Positions 28,633-39,170 of a stretch of DNA of 64,000 bases are shown in pieces. Location: positions 48,238,001 to 48,302,000 of the forward strand of contig OZ249436.1 in the NCBI GenBank assembly GCA_965235115.1, in the 5' to 3' direction. Made by a program: the position numbers and the translations under genes. Positions within the stretch are counted from its first letter, which is position 1, and the number at the start of each line of letters is the position of its first letter. The notes beneath the pieces were generated by a model. The model was not told where the DNA came from and did not search any database. It saw only the letters and a list, made by a program, of their open reading frames with translations. The stretch comes from Laetmonice hystrix. Its lineage: Eukaryota.

Positions 28633-31600
28633 ATGGCAGCCTCCATGGTGCGATGCCGACTGGGTCTGGGGACATGTCGAAAGTTTTGGTTTCCTAAATT
28701 TGTTAGATGTGCCAGTACGTCATACTATGTGTTGTAAGTGACATTCTGCGTACCTTGTTAATCTTTTTGTGGCATATGGTGGGTTGTTACTCTAGTGTAA
28801 GGAGTTGGGCAGTATGACCTTGCTGCCTGACACTGTGACAGTAGTCAGTACTACAGTAGACAGTAGTGACACAAGTCACAAGACAGCGAGTGCGGTTTCG
28901 TTCCTCCCCGCCCCCGGGCCCATGCATGATGCAGCACTCGCCGACACCGCACCGGTTAGCTGTCTACAGACATAAACCCGTGACATGACCAAGGCTGTGA
29001 CACCTACATGAAGGGTGACTCGTGTGACGCAAATAGCAGACACATACAACTTACACGTACAACAGTCAACACTGTCAAACACTTCCACTAGGCTGACTAG
29101 CCACTACCTGGTGGCGTCGGGGGGGGGGGTTCCTTCCCCCCCCCCCCACTTTTTCAGCTTTTTGGGAGGCTTGCTTGTCAGGTGTGCCTTTCACTATCGA
29201 AAGACGTCTTTAGCAAAGACATCTTTTCAAAGACATCTTTGCAGGGCCAATGTTAAAGAATAGTAGACAGTTAGTGAAACACCTGTTGCTGCAAAGACCT
29301 CTTCTTTAGCTCAGCAACTATTTCAAAGACGTCTTTTGGGCTTAGTGAAATGTACCCCTGATTCTTGAATGGTTATACAATAAAATGTTGGGCAAGTTTC
29401 ACTGTTTTCTGGCTATTTTTGTCTAAAACCTATCCCTAATATGATGTAGGTGCTACCTAGAGGGCGAGCGCAGCGACGGGAGGCCTACAACTATAACAAT
29501 ATATGATGTCAGGACTGGTCACTTAGCAGCATGGACGTCGGGATATTGTGGCGTCACAGTGAACAAACACTCGCGCGACTGTTGACTGTTTGTTCACTGT
29601 GACGTCACAAATCACACACGCGCTGCAAGGGTCACATGACCCTCCATGGATTTCTCCATGGATTTGCTCCATGGTTTTTCCGGTTCCGGTTTTACGTGAC
29701 GAAATTTTTTGGTGAGACGGTATGTGTCACCTTGGCTACCGTTTCCCACGTGTTGTCATAGAGCTCGCTTCGCGAGCTGCTGCGCGGCTCGCTGCGCGGC
29801 TCGCTGCGCTCGCTATTATAAGTTCCTAACTAAGCTATCACCCCAAATTCCATTGACTCCCGCCCGCCTTCCACCACCACTGACCGTACGCTCAGCAAAA
29901 TTACAGTGGTTTGAAGCAGGATTGCATTCGCTGAGCACTGTATGCTGTATGGACATAAGGCTTAGGAAACCTTTTTAAGGAGGAGACGACCAGAGTTGTG
30001 AGGACAAACAGATGTGGCCCATAGGCTAATCTAAAAAATAGGAAACCATACTCCCTGAAAAAGGACATTTGCAGAAAGATCAGACTGTAACACCAGCTCC
30101 TTTGCCTCCCATAGAGGGTGCAGCAAAGTAATCTTTTAATAGTCTCATTTTGACATTAGATTTAGTAACGCTGCTTCTTAACCTGTAAGAAATGTGTTTC
30201 AGGCTACCAGAAATCCCACCAGACACACCTGAGACCAATCCCATCCTGCGTACAAAGGAATATCCACAGTTCAGTCAGATAACCCCAAGCAACACAATAT
30301 CAGGCTGTGCAAAACTTGCACTTGAGTATGATGTTGCATTTGGAAAACATGTAGAAAAATTGAAAGGTAAGAATTTAAACATTCAACAGAATTTGTGTTA
30401 CAAAACTTACTGGATACTGAATAAATCAAATTATACCTTGTCTTCAAATTTTTGTGGCTTTACTATAAGTCAACTGAAGCAGTGCAGGCATGGACATTTT
30501 TAAGATTTTGGTTATAAGATTATGTATGTACAGATTAAAATGTACAGGACTTACTTGTGTAATAATGAAGTACTCGTTTATATTTTCTAGATCCCAACTT
30601 TTCAAAGACATTTAGTGCTGTGTTTAACCCAATCGAGGAGAGATATGTGCCCATGAATTATGCCTGGAGGATAGCCAAGAACCTTAACTATGTCAGCAGT
30701 GATGATGACTACAGGAAAGCGTTTCAGAGGGTAACGATTCAAAATATAGCTTAAATAATGAGGAAATTGATGAAGACCTATTTTTGTTTCTATATCAGTT
30801 GGCAGAGAGCCCAGTTTGGGTATGATGATTAGACGAGATCTGCGAGCATGTTGATTTGATTACAATTGCTGGCTTTTCATTTTGTAGGTCCATCCCCAAG
30901 TGGAAAGAGCAAAAAATGAACGGTGGATTTCAGAAGCACTGTATAATGCAGCAAAGGTAATATTTGTCTCATAAAGATACAGGTACAGTTCTGTTTGTTT
31001 AGAATAATTGGTTGTCTTAATTGAGCATTAAACATTTTGTTTGATGAGATAAACGTGATGACTTTTCTTGTCCAGGAAGTTGCTGCAGATGTTGCCAATC
31101 TTAGTCCTTATCAGCGCCGTCTGGCAGAGACATACCTGATGGAAGCTCGGCTTAATGGTATAGAGTTCACGGGGTCAGACAAGAAAAAATTCATGGACAT
31201 CCTTTCAAATCTTGTCGAGTGTAAAAAGTCTTTTAGGTAAAGATATCAGTGGCACTTCTTATTAGTCTGTGAGGGTAGAGCCAGAATAATAAAGTGGTTA
31301 ACTTATTTGGTTTGGATTTTCTACACCTGAAAGCTTATTCCACATTTAGAACCACAACTCAGAAAGTAAGCCATGCTTAAAGCATGAAACGGGATTATGC
31401 AAAGTAAGGCATGAAGTTTCACGTTATATATAAATTCTGTTACAAGTTCAATTGACCCAGAAGTTTAATTAAAAATATAATTTTTCTCCAACAGGAACAA
31501 AGTGATGCTCTCACACAGTCTTTTCTCACATATCATTGACGACTTCAGCAAGGTTGCAGACATACCACAAGAAATTTTATCTCAAATGGCTTTAGACAGG

Positions 31601-34600
31601 TTTGCTTTTATTCTGCAATTGGATTGTCAAAAGTCTATCTTATCTCTACAAGTAAAATATCACTCTGCCCTCTACCAACTCGACTGCCATCTCATTTCCC
31701 TTACTTCATGTTTATAAAAGAGAGTCGATTTCAGAAGCATTTAAAAGTCTGCATGTTTATTTAAGAAGTGTTTTGTATTTATGTACCCAGGACGAACCCC
31801 AGTCGAGGTCCATGGAAGGTGACTCTGAACCAGAATGTGTACACACCGTTTATGGAGTATTGCTCTGATCGAATGATGCGATGGAACGTGTGGCAAGCCT
31901 TAAACAATCGGGCGTCCATCAAACAGGACAATGAGAATCTCTCAAACCATAATATAATCAAAGATATTAGGCAGCACAGGTAAGGAGCTAAGTATACTCA
32001 TGTTTTAAACTATTCTTTTTTATTAGCATAGACATAGACCAATAATTACTGATGATCTGTTGAAATAAAGGCTTTCATTAGTTCCTTTAAATTTCATAAT
32101 CCTGAAACACCAAAGACCTGGTAAAATGTTGAGTCTTTTGGTAAAAACTGAGAATTATTTAGTTTTAAAAATTTGTTAAAATGATTACCATGGTTTATTC
32201 AACATAATTAACATTCTGAACAGGAAGGACATTGCAAACATGCTGGGATATGAAAACTTTGCCCAAATGTCGATGGAAACGAAGATGGCGGGCACTGTTG
32301 AGAATGTAATGAGCATGATTGAAAGGTACCTTAGCATGTTTTCTAGTTGAAATGTAGAAATTCTTGACTAACTGACAGTTTTCCTGCTGTTACTATTATT
32401 GTTTAATGAAAAAAATCCATGCATCATAATGTTTTCACCCAAACAAGTCAGGTGGTGATTAGAACTATTTTTAGTGATCAGCAAAGAACAAAATAACATG
32501 ATTGAAGGTTTAAGAACAGCTGTGTTGGGAAGATGTAATAATAGGCCTTTATACCACAAATTCTTTTTTTTTTGGTACCACAAAGGTAGAAATGCATGCA
32601 AAAGACGTAGTTTTGCATCTCAAACTGTGATGTGAAAACAAACAAAAAAATCTGGCTCTCTTTGTAAGAGTTACTTTGATCTCTTCCTTTTCAGCTTCAA
32701 GTCCAAATTCGCGCCACGAGCAGAAGAGGAAGTGGTTGAACTTCGTAAGTTTGCTGAGTCGGAAGGCTTTCCTGGGAAACTAGAGATGTGGGATATGGCC
32801 TACTGGCGCAGGCAGCAGAGACAACAGATCTACAAGTAAGTTTTTAAAGTACAATCATTAACATTCACACTCAAATACATCAATTATTCTGGCATATGCA
32901 GTAACTGAAGTTGATACTTGGTCTCTGACATACCAGATAAATTATATTTTCAGCATTGACAAAGATGCCATATCAGAATACTTTCCGTTTCCCACTGTAC
33001 TACATGGCCTCTTTGACCTGTGTAACAACTTATTTGGCATCACAATCCAGGTATGTGCTTTTATCTCCAGTGGCAATCACTAATCCAGTTATTTACTTTT
33101 GCATTTCCCTTGTTTTCTGAAATTCATAATGCACAAATACCGCAAATGGCCTTGAAGTAAAAATGCACGAAAATAAATACTCACAACTAGATATCCCTGT
33201 TCATTCTGATCACTTCTCAAAAAGTCGTGCATGTTGCACGCGTCTGATGGAGAAGCAGCCTTAGACTGATGACATCAGAGACATGGAATCAACTTGAGTC
33301 CTTTGTCTTTACTGTCAGGATTGTACAGGAGATGTAGACACCTGGGATAAGCATGTCCTCTTCTTCAAGGTCTATGATAGTGAAGGTATTTATGGAGTGC
33401 ATGTACATGGTATATTTAAAACATCAAAAATCTCTCAAACTCCTTTGAATGTTTTTAGTTCTGAAATCAAAACTGAGAAAGCTGATGCTGATATCAGAGC
33501 ATTGGAAAATAGAGTAACTGAATGTAATTCCGTTCATTATAATATATTGAAATATGTCACGACATGCTTGTGAAAGCACTGGCTGCACAAGCCCACCTGT
33601 CTGAAAGAGAAAACGGCCCCCTCCCACACACTCTAAATTGCATTGCGCTTTGTTTACGGCTCACTTCACAGTCTAGTGAAAAGATAGAGGGCTAGTAAAA
33701 AATTTCACTTAGTAGCCATACAGTCTAGTACTGAAAAAAGAATTTGGCTACATGTGGCACTTGTGTTGATCCTGTCTCTGATCTGTATGACAGATGGGTC
33801 TCACATAGCAGACTTCTACCTGGATCCATACAGCCGGCCTCACAAGCTGGGGGGATCCTGGATGGAACCAGGCCGAGGTAAGTCTTATGAATTCCATTCT
33901 GTAGATGGAAAATTGATTTATCTGACCAAACATTTAGATAAATATGGGTGGTTAGGTTTGCAGACCTTACAAGCATCATGCATTTTGCCTCTCTGGTATG
34001 CATTTAACACTCCAACTACGCTGCTATATGCTGTTGTGACATCAGTCCTTCATATAGTAGTCTATGCATAACAATTCGAAATGATTATTCCAAAATGAAT
34101 CATTGACCTGTATATAGAGCTGTCGAATGTAGGTCCTGAACATTTACTTCTATATTATTAGATCGTAGTGATCTGATGGGAACTACTCCAATGTCCTACC
34201 TTAACTTGAACCTGGCACCCCCTCTCGGGCACCAGCCAAGCTTTTTGACCATTGATGATGTGGAGTTGCTCTTCTACGAGGTGAGCTTATTTTGTTTGTC
34301 AGTGATAAACGATTGCCCTACAATGGATCTCCAAACCTCAAAAACTTGATGTGGACGCTACACTTGATACAAATGAACCCTTTGATTCGTTCTTATGCCC
34401 ACTTCTTCCAGTTTGGCCATGGACTGCAGCAGCTTCTGACTACCATTCCTTATAGTGATATTGGGGGTCAGCGCAACGTTGAGTGGGATGTTCTTCAGGT
34501 AAGCCAAATGATACAGGACATACATACAAAAATGAATGATTATCTCTGATTTTCTCTAATGCGATGGTGGGGAATTTCTCAATATTACTGTGCTATTATG

Positions 34601-37189
34601 AAGTCTTCACTTCTTATTTTTCTTTACAATAAATTTTCTCATTTTTAGCTCAAAACCTGAAGGGGGGGGGTTCTAATTCACCTAACATCCGTACACATCT
34701 CTCCATTTATACACCTGATTTCACTTTCCCTTTACAGTTCTATAAGTAATGGTGTTGGTTGGAATAGTGTGGATTTGATGCCATTACATTTTATTTCTTT
34801 GGTTTTAAATTCAAGGTTTGTGCCACAGTTATGTCCATGTTGGCTCTTCATCCACACACTTTACACAATTTGAGTGGACACTGGAAAACGGGAGAGAAGA
34901 TCTCGATGGATATAATCGACACATTGCTGAAAGGTATGCATCGAAGCCACTCTTCAAAATCTTTTACAGTGTAGCAATTTAGGGGTTCCATACACTCCCT
35001 GTTAAAGGTGCCACGTGTGAAAAGGTGTAATAAATAAAATACACCCTATAGTCGCGACTGATGTCAGGTCTTGACCATTACACTAGCTAAGCATTCAGTC
35101 TTTGAGTTGGCCTTCTAGTTTAGGAAAAAGTGCACGACTGTACAAGATTTCTGGAGTGTAATCTGAAAAGAAAGAGAGAGATGTACCAGGGGATGGTAAC
35201 CATGTTCCTGCTCACCTCATAGGTTGTCAAGTTTGTACACATAAGCCTGATAAAGAAAGAAGTAAGGGGTCTGTTGTGGTAGAGATACGCTTACTTTATT
35301 AGATTTTGACATTGGGACTGAGATAAGAATGGAAAGATGGAAACGTAGTGAAAGCATGATATTTGACACATTTGGGAGTGTGTAATGGCTCTAACAAAAG
35401 CCATTGGTGAACCAATGCGGTGGTCAGTTTGAATAATGATGCAGGCCAGTGAGTTGGCAGTAATGAGCGACTCCCTGCCCTGACGCTAAGAAATAGTCCA
35501 TGTGGGGTCATTTTATAGCACAAGGGCGTGTGGCCTTTGGTGAGCTGCTTCAGCTGTGCAAGTGATTTCATTTGTCGCTAATGAACAGCTGGCTGGCCTG
35601 TCGCTGTGTGGTCAGAGTTGAGACTTGAACGTTTCCTTGTTGCCTACTTCTTTCTCTGTCTCCTGCTAGGCATGATTTAACTGGGCTCGATTTCGAAATA
35701 AATCTGCTTTAGCGCTCTCTACACATTTAAGTTCTTCCTGAACCTTGATAAGTTTGGTCTAAAGATTCTTCTTTCGTTATTGGAACAGTCAGGTGCCAAG
35801 GCATAGGGCTGTTGAAAGGCACGGAGCTGCCACCTGGTGTTGAATGCTTGAATTAACCTTTCCCGCCAAAATGTAGTGGTGCACGTGGTTGGTGGTCGTC
35901 AGAGAAACAGTACAAGATCTAGAACAGTGCCATTCCATTAGGAGTTTCGCTGGGAACAAGATTCATGAGATGTCTAACGAAATCCCAGTCCTTGGTGTGG
36001 CTGAATGTTATTCCTGGCATGGACACTGTCTTGATAAACGAGTTTCTCTATATGAGACCTCTAATATTCCAGCTCACAGACACATGGCAGCATATGACAC
36101 AATGCGCCAACTTTACTTTGCTGCCTTCGACATGGAACTGTATATAAGGTAAGTTCATGACTCACTTTAGGCCATATACATGTTGTACATGTGTATATCA
36201 TAGTATATCCAGAAAATACGTCCATTCATGCAGCTTGCTCACAATAAGTCATATTTACATGTAAATCAAAAGTTTATGACTGTATAGGCTACGGTATAAC
36301 CCAGAAAGTAACTCCATTCATACAGCTTAAAGTCAGTCAGTCTTTGTTTTGAAAGAATTCCGGATTTGGAGTAAATCAGGAGTGGGTACTACTTGGTTAT
36401 CAGTAGAAACACAACCCAGCGTTGGTTTACCTATTGCCTCCCTTAACTTTCTGTAAGATAAACCAGGTTTGTTTCCTTCCACCCAGTGACGACCACTGGC
36501 ACTCGTCCATGCGGCGAGTATGGGACCAGTTCATGCCACTGCCACAGCCAGACGAGGACTTCCACCCCTGTTCACTGACCGCCATCTTTTCTGACCAGTA
36601 CCCTGCCGCCTACTACTCCTTCAAGTGGGCTGACGTGAGTACAGGCCCAACTGGCCAAAGGGATACGTTCACGTAATATAACATACAGGACGGCTTCATA
36701 TTAAAGCAGTCTATTGGCACCTGCACATCCAGGCCTGTGATATAACCCATTCTACAGGTTCTGGATGGTGAGGCCTTTTTATTAATTAGAATCTTCAGTT
36801 TTTTGAGTGACGCTACAGCCAACATGATTTCCTTGTCATTTCTAGATGATTGCTGCAGATATTTTCAAGGCCTTTGATGAGGAGGGATTAGACAACCCAG
36901 AAGCAGTGAAGCATATAGGGAAAAGGTATTGTTATCCTAGGCCAAAGTACAACGCTGATTTATCACCAAATAAAAGGTCCCTTTCAATACCCTAAAGAGT
37001 CATACCTAGAAAGATCTAGGAAAACCGCACCAAAATTAAAAACTCATTTTCATTTTCCCACACTTTTTTAGGTTTCGAGAGACGTTCTTGTCCCAAGGTG
37101 GGGGAATGCCAGCCAACGAGGTGTTCCGTCGGTTCCGGGGCCGTGACCCGTCCCAGGAAGCACTCATCACACTGCACGGCCTGAAATGA
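28633..37189 (+). CDS. Peptidase M3A oligopeptidase A (PrlC/OpdA)-like protein, 721 aa, predicted mitochondrial, active site degenerate
   Basis: 19 GT-AG exons in consistent phase: 28633-28733, 30203-30366, 30591-30730, 30888-30956, 31076-31236, 31495-31599, 31791-31979, 32224-32325, 32695-32835, 32954-33050, 33319-33385, 33794-33877, 34162-34280, 34412-34498, 34816-34933, 36073-36148, 36487-36634, 36846-36925, 37072-37189 (sum 2166 nt). M3A motifs include GPWKVTL, LGYENFAQMSMETKMA, WDMAYW, FYLDPYSRP.K.GGSWM, FGHGLQ, VEWD, YYSFKWAD and VFRRFRGRDPS. Confidence 0.93.
29179..29360. mobile_element. Small MITE in intron 1 of the oligopeptidase-like gene
   Basis: TIR caggtgtgcctttcacta / tagtgaaatgtacccctg (3 mismatches), with internal aaagacrtcttt repeats. 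Confidence 0.6.
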
Positions 37190-39070
37190 CTAGCTCTTCA
37201 TGACACTGTGCTCTTCTTCTCGGGGTGACGCTGAGAGTGTGACATCACACACTCGGTCTGCGCGTGCCCTGTGCGAGGGTGGGGTGTATGTGTGTACATG
37301 AGAATAGAATGTAACGATGAGATTGTATGTTTATTGTTATAAAGTGTGGATCTCTTGTGTAGAGGTGTCATCGAAGTGATGGTTTCACGTTAAAAGTAAA
37401 TTAAGGACACAGTGTCAGACACAAAAGATTGTGTTTTCAAGGACCGGGTAGCACAGGACAGATGCACTTACGTGATGTGTTTCGTTACATGGGTTGTGTA
37501 TCTTTGGTTTTGATAAAAAAATTCTTTTTTGGATTTATCTTTTAAGCTTTAAAAGTGCTAGGTGAAATAATACCTAAACTGATAACAGTTTCTCAGTAAG
37601 TGGCGAACAAATTCTAATCAAGTTGAACTTGCATCAAATGAGACGGAGCATTTCTGCATCAATTTACTCCAGACTCAGAATCTATACACGAAATTCTTTT
37701 ATGTAAATATCCCCAGATACCTTTGTTCATAATTCCTTCTAGTATGTCTGACACCTTATGTGAGGCTGTCTCTGTCGAGGATGATCGGTTATAAAACTTT
37801 CAGTTTACCAGGCCTGTAAATAACTTACTAATTGACTGAGACTAAATTGACCTGGGTCTGACCTGTGTAGAGCGAACCGGTTGAATATACAAACGAGACA
37901 ACACACAAATGTATTTGTCATGTACAGAGATTTGAGTGTGAAGTCGTAAATAAAAATGTAAAGTGGATGATTGCAATGTGGCACAAACCAGTTTAAATTT
38001 TCGCATATGGCATCCAAATAATAAAATAGAAACTGCCAAGTATAAAATCAACATTAGCGACGTATCAAAAGCGCCATCCCTTCAGTTATTGTCTTTATTG
38101 TGCTGCATTCGCGGATACGTATTACATGTAGTATTCAAATTTTGCCTTGGAAACTTTGATAATATCGGCACACATTGAATAACCGAGGGCCACACGTGCC
38201 GCTCTAAACCAACTGGTAACAGTCCTCAGAATAAACTGTAAAATAAAATTCATCTAATATCATCAAGGTGATTATTGTATTTTGATTACCAAATATATTA
38301 TTTTCGACTTTTCAGTTATCTTAAATTTTATCTTTTACTTTACCTCCAGTCGCATTTAAGTAGGCCTATGTGTACCTATCTTACTCGTAATAGACCATGA
38401 CCTTCAGTTCTTCCATTCTCTCGTTCTTCTTACAGTTCTGTTTTTACTGTCCTTGTAATTTGCAATTTCTCAGTAGGCCCTATGTAGTGTAGTATAGGCC
38501 TAAACTAGATCCAAAATGTTTTCCGGGAAAATTCGAGATTCAATGCCAGGCCCCTATAGGCTTTTGAATTTGATTTAAATACCCTATCGGGCGGGATGGG
38601 GTGGGGTGGGGTTAAGGTTTAAAATCTTAAACAAATGCTCCCTCTGACCCCCTGCCCCCCCATTTCTTTCTTTCTTTTTTTTTTTACCAGAATCATGGAT
38701 CCACCCCTGCAGGCCTAATATATGGCGTACGAGCAGGGGGAGGGCAAAATACGGGCAGAACAGTGGGGAAAGTTCGGGCAAAGCAAAACTTAAAAATAGG
38801 GCTAGGCCTACAGCTGTGAGTTGTAGGCCGGTAGGCCGGTATAACCAGAGCCCGGGGCCAGGTAGGAGCTGAAGGGTCTCGGTGCAGGCTTTGGAAGGGG
38901 GTTGCGGTCTCTCGAGACGGACAGTAGCGGTTTTAGACCGTTTATTTTACCTCCGTCATCAACCCCCCCCCCCCCCCCCCCCCCCGCCTCCCGCCCCGAG
39001 TCCCGCGCTCAGACTTGAACCGTCACGTCTGCGTTTCTCGAGACCGGCCCAGACAGGTTCACAACAATGA

Positions 39071-39170
39071 CACGTGCGCGCACGTGGGGGAACTCTCCGG
39101 AAGTGGGTTAGAAAAGGTGAGTGGTAAAGCGAAAACGAGGCGTTGCGATCAACAAGGTAAAATGGCGGAC
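39071..39170 (+). promoter_or_regulatory. DNAAF5 proximal promoter motifs
   Basis: Perfect palindrome CACGTGCGCGCACGTG at 39071-39086 (two E-boxes), ETS-type CCGGAAGTG at 39097-39105, and YY1-type AAAATGGCGG overlapping the ATG. Confidence 0.5.

Noticed and set aside
34275..34277. Single sequencing error or RNA editing explaining the His-to-Tyr change in HEXXH
   Set aside because: Three other catalytic positions in different exons are also substituted, so one error or edit cannot restore activity.
34934..36072. Nested gene or retro-fragment in the 1.1-kb intron 15 of the M3A gene
   Set aside because: Short ORFs on both strands show no recognisable domain and are interrupted by stops.
39015..39161. 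49-aa N-terminal extension of DNAAF5 in the ORF track
   Set aside because: It begins at a non-ATG codon and runs through promoter motifs. The first ATG, in good context, is at 39162.
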